Source of the DNA: Armatimonadota bacterium
GTDB taxonomy: Bacteria; Sysuimicrobiota; Sysuimicrobiia; Sysuimicrobiales; Humicultoraceae
Assembly (NCBI GenBank): GCA_037446215.1
Contig: JBBIJB010000030.1
Coordinates: forward strand, 1-22,818
Length of the DNA stretch: 22,818 nt
Direction of reading: 5' to 3'
This document shows, in pieces, positions 1 through 7,768 of this stretch. Below the pieces are notes generated by a model. That model did not search any database and was not told the origin of the DNA. It was given only the letters and a program-made list of their open reading frames with translations. Position numbers and translations under genes: made by a program. The first letter of the stretch is position 1; each line of letters begins with the position of its first letter.

Positions 1-27
1 GTCCGCGGCATTCCTGCGGAGTTCCAT

Positions 28-56
28 TTGCTGTTCCGAGGGCCCTGTTGGATAAT
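28..56 (+). promoter_or_regulatory. Putative sigma70 promoter for the HEPN-MNT-helicase unit
   Basis: TTGCTG (28-33), a 17-nt spacer, then GATAAT (51-56); followed by AGGAGG SD (65-70) and GTG at 78. Confidence 0.45.
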
Positions 57-77
57 GATGGCGCAGGAGGGGTCACC

Positions 78-470
78 GTGAACCGGTACCGCGACTGGAT
101 CGAGCAAGCCAGGATCAACCTATCACACGCTGAACGGAGCGTGGAGATGGGCGATTACTCCTGGGGGTGCTTCGCCGCGCAGCAGGCCGCCGAGGCCGCG
201 CTCAAGGGCCTGCACCTTCGACTTGGCCAGGTGGCGTGGGGGCACTCGATCATCGACCTGCTCGCCGCCCTGCCCACGCAGGCGAAGCCCGCGGACGCTC
301 TGCTGGAGCAAAGCCGGATGCTGGACAGGCACTTCATCCCTACGCGGTACCCTGATGCCCACCCGGCAGGGCCGGCCGCCCGTCACTACACTGCCACAGA
401 AGCCCAGGACGCTGTGAGGGTCGCCCGCGAGGTGCTCGAGCACTGTGAGCGTCAGAGTCTGGAAGCGTGA
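78..470 (+). CDS. HEPN domain protein (COG2250-like), putative toxin
   Basis: DWIEQA..L..A, WGCFAAQQAAEAALKG, WGHSIIDLL and LDRHFIPTRYPDAH match this HEPN family. GTG at 78 follows an AGGAGG SD, so it is preferred over the TTG at 48. Confidence 0.9.
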   Translation: MNRYRDWIEQARINLSHAERSVEMGDYSWGCFAAQQAAEAALKGLHLRLGQVAWGHSIIDLLAALPTQAKPADALLEQSRMLDRHFIPTRYPDAHPAGPAARHYTATEAQDAVRVAREVLEHCERQSLEA

Positions 471-825
471 CCACGGCGCCGCCCTGTCGCTGCTCCGAAC
501 CTGGGCGGAGCAACTGGGCGAGGACCCCGCGGTCCTGGCCGTGGTGCTCTTCGGCTCACTGGCCCGGGGCGAGGCCACGGCCGCAAGCGACGCCGATGTG
601 CTGATAGTCCTTCGCGACTCATCGGAGGAGTTCGACGAACGCATCGTGCGCCACAAGCCGGTCGGGCTCGGGGTGAGCGTGGAGGTCTTCCCCTACACGC
701 TGGGCGAGGTGCGCAAGGCGCTCGCCGACGGCGCGGGAGTAGTCGGCGTTGCGCTCCGGGAAGGGCTGGTGCTGCACCCCAGAGGATGTAGCCGGGAGGC
801 CGTTGCCGAGCTCATAGGCCTATGA
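445..825 (+). CDS. Minimal nucleotidyltransferase (MNT), putative antitoxin partner of HEPN
   Basis: Pol-beta NTase signature LFGSLARGEATAASDADVLIV; 126 aa; overlaps the 3' end of the HEPN gene. Confidence 0.9.
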   Translation: MSVRVWKRDHGAALSLLRTWAEQLGEDPAVLAVVLFGSLARGEATAASDADVLIVLRDSSEEFDERIVRHKPVGLGVSVEVFPYTLGEVRKALADGAGVVGVALREGLVLHPRGCSREAVAELIGL

Positions 826-2282
826 GCCAACAGGCGCGGATCCGCTTCGACCGCGGCTCGCTGCGCCTCGACGCACCCAGGTCCGCGCGCCTCCCATCCT
901 ACTTCGTCTGGGACGCGCGCGTGCACGCCTGGCGTACAGAGGCGATGCGCTATCCGCGCGTGCGCGAGGATGCCGCCGCCTACCGCGTAAGCCTCGATGA
1001 CGAGGCCGGCCGGTTCTTCGACTGCCCGCCGCTCTGCCCCGCGCTGCCGCGCCTGCGGCCCGACCAGAAGGCCGCCCTCGAGGCCTGGGAAAGGGCCGGT
1101 TGCCGGGGCGTTGTCGTCAAGCCCACCGGGACCGGCAAGACAGAGATCGCTCTGGCCGCCATCGCCCGGTGCCAGGTCCCGGCGCTCGTCGTGGTACCCC
1201 TGCGCGACCTGATGTACCAGTGGCAGCGCCGGATCCGGCTGGGGCTGGGCTTCGACCCGGGCGTGCTCGGCGACGGCCGGCATGAGGTCTGGCCCATCAC
1301 CGTCACCACTTATGACAGCGCCTACATCCACATGAAGGAAGTCGGCAACCGCTATCGCCTCATCGTCTACGACGAGGCGCACCACCTGCCCGCGCCCACG
1401 CTGCGCGCCCACAGGCGGAAGCTGGCCATCACCCAGCGTTCGGCCGAGAAGCTCCGGGTGGTCGAGGACATACTCCGGCTGCACCCCGGTGACCCGTGCG
1501 TCATCTTCACAGCCTCCAACAGGATGGCGCTGGAGGTCTCGGCCCGGTTCCTGATCCCGGCCCTGACAGCGCACTCAGACAAGAAGGAGCGTAGCGCCAT
1601 CCTCGACCTCTTCGCGGCGGGCACGCTGCGGGCGCTGGTGGCCTGCCAGGTGCTCAACGAGGGATGGGACGCGCCCGCGGTGAAGGTCGGGGTGGTGCTG
1701 GGCGGCGAGGGGGGCACGAAGGAGGCGGTCCAGCGGCTGGGCCGGCTGCTGCGGCGCACGCAGGCCTACGGCGTGGACTTCGCGCGGTTCCTGTCCGGGC
1801 TCGCCGGCGTCCGCGGCTGGACGATGAGCGCGGAGATCGCGCTGCGAAAGGGGAGGCGGCCGGCTGTCTTCACGCTCTCCGATGAGGACGGCCTGCGCTC
1901 GCGCGTGGCCGCGCCCTCCCTGTTCGACTCGAAGCTCGAGGAGGCCCTGGCGCGCAAGTTCGGCGCCAAGCGCGACGGCTGGCGGATCGCGCGCGAGGCC
2001 TTGATCCTGGAGTCAGGTGAGGCGCTCGTGGTGCCCGACTTCCTCTTCACGCACGACGACGGCACCGAGGTTGCCCTGGAGATCGTGGGCTACTGGGCGC
2101 CCGAGTACGTCGCCGAGAAGTTCTCCAAGCTCGCCCGCACCGCCGGCGGCTGGGGATCTCCCGATGGAGCGCACGGCTCACCTTGGTACGGAGTAGGCGG
2201 CCGTCGGGAAGGACCTTCTCGTAGTACCAGTGGTCCGTTGAGCGAACGAACGCCCAGTGATCGCGCTCGCAGAACCGCTTGA
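822..2282 (+). CDS. XPB/Rad25-like SF2 helicase fused in-frame to a DUF790/Bax1-like nuclease fragment; deletion-scarred, probably a pseudogene
   Basis: Walker A PTGTGKT, Walker B DEAHH, motif V LNEGWDAP and motif VI QRLGRLLR are present, but motif III (LGLTATP) is absent. TQAYGVDFARFL...FDSKLE...VVPDF...LEIVGYWAPEY (DUF790-like) follows directly. After about 2148 the ORF reads antisense through another gene. ATGA overlap with MNT. Confidence 0.75.
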   Translation: MSQQARIRFDRGSLRLDAPRSARLPSYFVWDARVHAWRTEAMRYPRVREDAAAYRVSLDDEAGRFFDCPPLCPALPRLRPDQKAALEAWERAGCRGVVVKPTGTGKTEIALAAIARCQVPALVVVPLRDLMYQWQRRIRLGLGFDPGVLGDGRHEVWPITVTTYDSAYIHMKEVGNRYRLIVYDEAHHLPAPTLRAHRRKLAITQRSAEKLRVVEDILRLHPGDPCVIFTASNRMALEVSARFLIPALTAHSDKKERSAILDLFAAGTLRALVACQVLNEGWDAPAVKVGVVLGGEGGTKEAVQRLGRLLRRTQAYGVDFARFLSGLAGVRGWTMSAEIALRKGRRPAVFTLSDEDGLRSRVAAPSLFDSKLEEALARKFGAKRDGWRIAREALILESGEALVVPDFLFTHDDGTEVALEIVGYWAPEYVAEKFSKLARTAGGWGSPDGAHGSPWYGVGGRREGPSRSTSGPLSERTPSDRARRTA

Positions 2283-2304
2283 GGTCACGGAACGTGGAAG
2301 GCAC
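2152..2304 (-). pseudogene. HicA-like toxin, C-terminally truncated
   Basis: GTG at 2304 overlaps the antitoxin stop (TAGTG). MPSTFRDLKRFCERDHWAFVRSTDHWYYEKVLPDGRLLRTKVSRALHREIP has a HicA-like layout with the His after the first strand. Similarity ends abruptly at REIP, where it meets the opposite-strand DUF790 sequence. Confidence 0.6.
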
Positions 2305-2640
2305 TAGAGGCCCAGCAGTTCGCCGCGGAGCTCTTCCTCGTCGCGGGCGAGCGCGATCTTGAGCACATACGGAAAGTGAGATCGGCGGTTGGGCGCGCGA
2401 AGGAATAGCGGCGCTCGCCGCTTCCTCGGCCGACGCGGCGTTGACGGCCCAGTCCAACTCGTCCACCGTTATCGTCACCGAGCCGTCGTCCTCGCACAGG
2501 ACCCTAGGCCGCAGGGTGAACGCTGCCAGAAGCGCATCGAGGTTCTCGCGGCCAATGAGCGCCGCCTCCTGCCGGGCGCCCCGGCGGACCAAGACCGGCC
2601 GCAGCTCTTCCACGGCCTCGTCGAACAACCGGATGTACAA
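2304..2640 (-). pseudogene. Type II antitoxin (Phd-like N-terminus, HicB-like C-terminus), frameshifted by deletion
   Basis: One frame reads RLFDEAVEELRPVLVRRG...EDDGSVTITVDELDWAVNAASAEEAA. A second frame from about 2411 reads PLFLRAPNRRSHFPYVLKIALARDEEELRGELLGL* and ends at TAG 2304-2306, coupled to the toxin start. No clean start codon or SD. Confidence 0.6.
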
Positions 2641-2985
2641 ACTGCACAGAGATTGTTGGGGTGGCCGCCCTGGCTGCCCGGGGCCTCAGCCGGGCCGGGC
2701 CGCGGGAGGTGTCCAGGTGCCGAGCCACTTCACGTTGGGGAGTCTGCCTTGCACGGCCTGGTGGAATAGTGCCGCCTAGTCCCTGTCAGATTGGGCGAGT
2801 GCTAGGCGGCTGGGACCTGGCGCGAGGGCATCTCTGACGATGGCCCGGCAGCCGACCCCGAAAACGCGGAGAGAACCACAGAGCAGGGCTTTCCCACCAT
2901 CTGATGAAGAAGGATGTGAAGTTGGAGCTCGGCGCGCACAGGGTCGGACGCAGTTGATCCCAAGGCGCCACGGCAAGGGGGCAAT

Positions 2986-3873
2986 ATGAAACTGGGCTTG
3001 GTCTTCCCACAGACAGAGATAGGCAGCGATCCCGCGGTGATCCGCGACTTCGCTCAGGCCGCCGAGGAGATGGGCTACGACTACCTGCTGGCATACGACC
3101 ACGTCTTGGGAGCCGACACAAGCAACAGGCCGGGCTGGCTGGCGTACCGTCTCGAGGACATGTTCCACGAGGTCTTCGTGCTGTTCGGCTATCTGGCGGG
3201 CTGCACGAAGCGGATCGGGCTGGCGACCGGAATCCTGATCCTACCTCAGCGCCAGACCGCGCTCGCCGCGAAGCAGGCGGCCGAGGTGGACGTGCTGAGC
3301 GGCGGGCGGCTGCGCCTGGGGGTCGGCCTGGGATGGAACTCGGTGGAGTACGAGGCGCTGGGGACGAACTTCCGAAACCGCGGCGCCCGGATCTCGGAGC
3401 AGATAGAGGTGATGAGGGCGCTGTGGACCCAGGAGGTCGTCACCTTCAGCGGCCGCTGGCACACGATAGTCGAGGCCGGGATCAGCCCGCTGCCGGTGCA
3501 GCGGCCGATCCCGATCTGGATGGGCGGCGCGTCTGACCCCGCCCTGGCGAGGGCGGCGCGGGTGGCCGACGGGTGGATCCTGGGCGGCTCGGCACGGGAC
3601 CCATACAGCCGCCTGCCGGCCAAGGGCAAGCAGGAGGTCGTGGAGTTCCTGCGCGGGGAGGCCCGCAAGGCGGGAAGAGACCCTCAGGCCTTTGGCATAG
3701 AGGGACGAACCTACGCTCACGCGGGAGGCCCGGATGAGTGGCGGCAGCAGTTCGAGGAGTGGCGCGCGCTCGGCGCCACGCACTTCAACTTCGGCACGAT
3801 GAACGCCGGGCTTGAAACGCCGGATGCGCACGTTGCCAAGGCAAGGGAGTTCCTGCAGGCGGTTGGGGGCTAG
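2986..3873 (+). CDS. LLM-class (luciferase-like) oxidoreductase, probably F420-dependent (Rv2161c-like family)
   Basis: MKLGLVFPQTEIG, AEEMGYDYLLAYDHVLG, ILILPQRQTALAAKQAAEVDVLSGGRLRLGVGLGWN..EY, PIPIWMGG, ADGW; G-rich SD upstream. Confidence 0.9.
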   Translation: MKLGLVFPQTEIGSDPAVIRDFAQAAEEMGYDYLLAYDHVLGADTSNRPGWLAYRLEDMFHEVFVLFGYLAGCTKRIGLATGILILPQRQTALAAKQAAEVDVLSGGRLRLGVGLGWNSVEYEALGTNFRNRGARISEQIEVMRALWTQEVVTFSGRWHTIVEAGISPLPVQRPIPIWMGGASDPALARAARVADGWILGGSARDPYSRLPAKGKQEVVEFLRGEARKAGRDPQAFGIEGRTYAHAGGPDEWRQQFEEWRALGATHFNFGTMNAGLETPDAHVAKAREFLQAVGG

Positions 3874-4892
3874 CCCCTGCCCGGAGCCGACGCACCCGGC
3901 GCCAGCGTTCCCGCGAAGTGACAGAGCGCCTTCTGCCCCTCGCCTGTCTCGAGCAGGGGCGGGAACTCCCTGCCGCAGATCTCCGCAGCCACCGGACAGC
4001 GCGGGTGGAACGGGCACCCAGGAGGCGGGCTGACGGGAGAGGGCACGTCGCCGGGAAGTATGATGCGGCTCCGGAGACGGGCCCGGCGCGGGTCCGGGAT
4101 CGGCGTCGCGGAAAGCAGCGCCACGGTGTAGGGGTGCAGCGGCGTCGCGAAGACCTGCTCGGTGCGCCCCTCCTCCACGATCCTGCCGAGGTACATAACC
4201 GCCACCCGCTGCGCGACCGAGCGCACGACCGCCAGATCGTGGCTTATGAACAGGTAGGCGACCCTGTGTTGCTTCTGCAGGCGCTCCATCAGGACGAGTA
4301 TCTGCGCGCGCACGGATAGATCCAGGGCAGAGACCGGCTCATCGGCGATGATGACCGCGGGCTCGGTGGCGAGTGCCCGCGCGACGTTGACGCGCTGCCT
4401 CTGGCCTCCGGAGAGCTGGTGGGCAAAGCGCGCCAGGAACGTCCCGACCGGCTCCATCCCGACCTCGGCGAGAAGGCGGGCCGCGGCCTCGCGGCGCCGC
4501 GCCGGGGCCATGCCGCGCGCTGCCAGCGCGACATCGAGGGTCTGCCCCACGGTCTTCCTCGGGTTCAGGGAGGCCTGCGACTCCTGGAAGACCATCTGGA
4601 CGCCGAGACGGTAGTCGCGTCGGGAGGCGCCGCCGGTCCGTGGCGCCGCTCCCATGCTTCCTGCCACATGACGGCCTCGGAAGAGCACCTGACCCGCCGT
4701 GGGCACCTCTATCCCGGCGAGAATCCTTCCGGCGGTCGTCTTGCCCGAGCCCGACTCCCCAACGAGCGCCAGGGTCTCGCCCTCTGCCACCTGCAGCGTG
4801 GCCCCCTCCAGGGCGCGCACCCAGGCGCGGACCCCTGTGAGAGACCTCCCCCAGGGGAAGCGCTTGGATAGGCCGATGCCCTCAAGGATCAT
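3870..4892 (-). CDS. Dpp/Opp-family ABC transporter ATP-binding protein (DppF/OppF-like)
   Basis: GESGSGKT, LSGGQRQR, IIADEP, and the C-terminal HPYT...PPPGCPFHPRC..C..P..CH extension. True start is the ATG at 4892 (ATGA overlap), not 5492. Confidence 0.93.
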   Translation of the reverse strand: MILEGIGLSKRFPWGRSLTGVRAWVRALEGATLQVAEGETLALVGESGSGKTTAGRILAGIEVPTAGQVLFRGRHVAGSMGAAPRTGGASRRDYRLGVQMVFQESQASLNPRKTVGQTLDVALAARGMAPARRREAAARLLAEVGMEPVGTFLARFAHQLSGGQRQRVNVARALATEPAVIIADEPVSALDLSVRAQILVLMERLQKQHRVAYLFISHDLAVVRSVAQRVAVMYLGRIVEEGRTEQVFATPLHPYTVALLSATPIPDPRRARLRSRIILPGDVPSPVSPPPGCPFHPRCPVAAEICGREFPPLLETGEGQKALCHFAGTLAPGASAPGRG

Positions 4893-5917
4893 GCCGGCGA
4901 CTCCCCGCACAGCCAGCAGGCGGCCATCTGGCCCTCGGCCACGGCGAACTCCGGGGGCGGCTGCAGCGCGCAGCGATCCATGACCTTCGGGCAGCGCGGA
5001 TGGAACCGGCAGCCCGAGGGCAGGTTCGCGAGGTCGGGCACCGTGCCTTCCATCACGGCGACGACCGGCCTCGCCTCCTCTATCGTCAGCGCGCCGGCCA
5101 TCAGCCCCTGCGTGTAGGGATGCGCGGGCGAGACCAGAACCGACCCCACCGGGCCCGACTCGACGATCTTCCCGGCGTACATCACGTAGACGACCTCGCA
5201 GGTCTCGGCGACGATCCCGAGGTCGTGGGTTATCAGCAGCAGGGCCGTGCCGAGCTCCTTCCGCAGGCGCGCCAGAAGCTCGAGGATCTGCGCCTGGATG
5301 GTGACGTCCAGCGCCGTGGTCGGCTCGTCCGCGATCAGCAGCGACGGGCCGCAGACCGTCGCCATCGCGATCACCGCCCGCTGGCGCATTCCTCCTGAGA
5401 GCTCGTGAGGAAAGCGTCCGTAGACGGCCTCGGGATCCGGGAGCCCCACGGTCGCGAGCGCCCTCACGGCGCTCCGGCGGGCCTCGCCCCATCCGGACCG
5501 CATCGCGTAGGCCTCGGCGACCTGCCTGCCCACCGTCAGGACCGGGTTGAGGTAGGTCGCCGGGTCCTGGAAGATCATCGCGACCTCCCCGCCGCGCACG
5601 CGACGCATCTCCTCCTCCGAGAGCCGCAGCAGATCGCGCCCGGAGAGCCGTACGCTCCCGGAGATCGTGCGCGCGCCGGCGGTCGGGAAGAGCCGGAGGA
5701 TCGAGAAGGCGGTCATCGACTTACCTGATCCGGACTCCCCCACGAGCCCCACCGCGCCGCCCTGCGCGACCTCCAGCGAAATCCCGTCCACGGCGCGCAC
5801 GACGCCCCTGGGGGTAACGATGTGGGTGTAGAGGTCGCGGATCTCCAGCAGCGGCTCTCCTGTGGGCGCGGCCTGCGCGCCCGAAACCTTGGCTCCGCTC
5901 AACCCGTCGCTACGCAT
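4889..5917 (-). CDS. Dpp/Opp-family ABC transporter ATP-binding protein (DppD/OppD-like)
   Basis: [56 protein letters not shown] at 5917 overlaps the upstream permease stop. Confidence 0.93.
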   Translation of the reverse strand: MRSDGLSGAKVSGAQAAPTGEPLLEIRDLYTHIVTPRGVVRAVDGISLEVAQGGAVGLVGESGSGKSMTAFSILRLFPTAGARTISGSVRLSGRDLLRLSEEEMRRVRGGEVAMIFQDPATYLNPVLTVGRQVAEAYAMRSGWGEARRSAVRALATVGLPDPEAVYGRFPHELSGGMRQRAVIAMATVCGPSLLIADEPTTALDVTIQAQILELLARLRKELGTALLLITHDLGIVAETCEVVYVMYAGKIVESGPVGSVLVSPAHPYTQGLMAGALTIEEARPVVAVMEGTVPDLANLPSGCRFHPRCPKVMDRCALQPPPEFAVAEGQMAACWLCGESPA

Positions 5918-6740
5918 CGAGCCGCGGGTTTGCCGCATCGTTGAGGCCGTCCCCAAGCAGGTTGAATCCGAGTACGGTTATCGAGATCGCCAGCCCGGGG
6001 AAGACGCTCATCCACCACGCCTGCCGGAAGTGGGCCTGCGCGTTGTTCAGCATCATGCCCCACGAGGCGAGGTTGGGATCACCCAGCCCGAAGAAGCCGA
6101 GGCTCGCCTCCAGCAGGATCGCGGCCGCCACGTCCAGCGATGCGATGACCACCACGGGCGCGACGACGTTGGGCAGGATCTCGGAGAAGATGATGCGCGC
6201 GTCGCGCAGTCCCAGCACCCGGGCGGCGTCAACGTAGGCGGCGCCGCGGAGCGCCATGAACTGCCCCCGGACCACGCGCGCCGCCTGCGGCCACGAGAGG
6301 ATCCCTATGACCAGCACCAGCTTCCAGAGCCCGCTGCCGAACAGCGCGACCACCAACAGCGCCAGCACGAAGCGCGGGATCACCTGGAAGAGCTCGGTGA
6401 CACGGCCGAGCAGCGCGTCGATCCATCCCCCGTAGTATCCCGAGGTTGCGCCTATCGCTATGCCGAGCGTGACCGCGGTCGCCGCAGCGCAGACGCCTAC
6501 GGTCAGCGACGCGCGGCTGCCCCAGAGGACGCCGCTGAGGATGTCACGCCCGAGATCGTCGGTGCCCAGCGGGTACCCGGGGGTGCCGGGCGGTCCCTTG
6601 GTCACGAGCGAGGTCGTGTGGGGATCGCGGGGCGCGAGGGCGGGCGCGGCAATAGCCACCCCGATCACCAGCGCGACCAGGCACAGGCCCAGCACGCCCG
6701 CGCGGCTGCGGAAGAAGCGGCGGGCGAACTCGCGGCCCAT
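5910..6740 (-). CDS. Dpp/Opp-family ABC transporter permease (DppC/OppC-like)
   Basis: PLGTDDLGRDIL, EAA-loop variant YVDAARVLG, ILPNVVAP, SWGMML, FNLLGDGL. ATG at 6740 (TGATG coupling). Confidence 0.93.
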   Translation of the reverse strand: MGREFARRFFRSRAGVLGLCLVALVIGVAIAAPALAPRDPHTTSLVTKGPPGTPGYPLGTDDLGRDILSGVLWGSRASLTVGVCAAATAVTLGIAIGATSGYYGGWIDALLGRVTELFQVIPRFVLALLVVALFGSGLWKLVLVIGILSWPQAARVVRGQFMALRGAAYVDAARVLGLRDARIIFSEILPNVVAPVVVIASLDVAAAILLEASLGFFGLGDPNLASWGMMLNNAQAHFRQAWWMSVFPGLAISITVLGFNLLGDGLNDAANPRLDA

Positions 6741-7726
6741 CAGTACCTCACCCTCGGGTCGAGCGCCGCGTAGAGCAGGTCGGTCAGCAGGTTCACGACG
6801 ACGAGCGCGGCTGAGACCATGACCAGTATGCCGAGCAGCACCGGCGTGTCCCGCTGGAGGATCGCGTCGTAGAGCAGGCGGCCGACGCCGGGCCATCCGA
6901 AGACCGTCTCCACGAGCGCCGAGCCCGCCAGCACGAACGCGAAGTTGTAGCCGATCACGGTGACCACCGGCAGCGCGGCGTTGCGCAGACCGTGCGAGAC
7001 CAGCACCGAGAGCTCAGGGACGCCCCTGGCGCGGGCCGCCAGTATGAAGTCCTGGCCCATCACCTCGAGCATGGAGGCCCGCGTCAGGCGTGAGATCAGA
7101 GCCATGTAACGGAACGAGAGCGCCGCAGCCGGGAGCACCAGGTGGCGCGCGACGTCGAGCGCCGCGGCGAGGCCGGTGTGCTCGACGCGAACCGACCTGA
7201 TCCCCTGCGCCGGCAGCCACCCGAGGAAGACCGCGAAGAGCAGCACGAGCAACTGGGCCAGCCAGAAGTCGGGGATCGAGTAGCCGGCGAGCGCAACCCC
7301 TGTGGAGGCCGAGTCGAGGGCCGATCGCGGCCGCCGGGCCGCTATGACGCCCAGCGTCACCCCGACAACCGCGGCCAGCGACAGCGCGGTCGCCATCAGC
7401 AGGATGGTGTTGCCGAGCCGCTCGGCGACCAGCCGTGCCACGGGCAGTCGGTAGGCGAACGAGTAACCGAGCTGGCCGCGCGCCACGTTCCACGCGTAGA
7501 GGGCGAGGCGTACAGGCGCCGGCCGGTCGAGCCCGTACTCCTGCCGCAGCTGCGCCACGTACTCGGGAGGCGCGGGATACTCCCCGAGGAGCGTGGTCAC
7601 AGGATCTCCGGGAGCGGCGGATACGAGCAGGAAGTTGACGACTATGACTCCCAGCAGCAGCGGGACGGCCTGTGCCAGCCGTCCCGCCGCGTACCGCCAG
7701 AGCGGCGCGCTACCCGTCGTCACCAC
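6740..7726 (-). CDS. Dpp/Opp-family ABC transporter permease (DppB/OppB-like)
   Basis: APGDPV, YGLDRP, SIPDFWL, FILAARARG, LRNAALPVVT, VETVFGWPGVG, LYAALDPRVR; GGAG SD before GTG. Confidence 0.93.
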   Translation of the reverse strand: MVTTGSAPLWRYAAGRLAQAVPLLLGVIVVNFLLVSAAPGDPVTTLLGEYPAPPEYVAQLRQEYGLDRPAPVRLALYAWNVARGQLGYSFAYRLPVARLVAERLGNTILLMATALSLAAVVGVTLGVIAARRPRSALDSASTGVALAGYSIPDFWLAQLLVLLFAVFLGWLPAQGIRSVRVEHTGLAAALDVARHLVLPAAALSFRYMALISRLTRASMLEVMGQDFILAARARGVPELSVLVSHGLRNAALPVVTVIGYNFAFVLAGSALVETVFGWPGVGRLLYDAILQRDTPVLLGILVMVSAALVVVNLLTDLLYAALDPRVRY

Positions 7727-7768
7727 AACTCCGGCGCCGCCATCGCCCTTCGCGGCTCTGCTGTCTGG

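Noticed and set aside
2834..2865. Hammerhead-like CTGACGA...GAAA
   Set aside because: Stem II does not pair next to the core, and no stem I/III with a UH cleavage site could be built.
2820..2920. SAM-I riboswitch-like words (GAGGG...GACGA...CCCGGCAGCC)
   Set aside because: No ATC..GAG P1/J1-2 entry, the P2 and P3 pairings do not close properly, and the downstream gene is not a Met/SAM gene.
4893..5492. N-terminal extension of the 540-aa ORF 3870..5492
   Set aside because: Off-frame shadow of the DppD-like gene; the real start is ATG 4892 with ATGA coupling.
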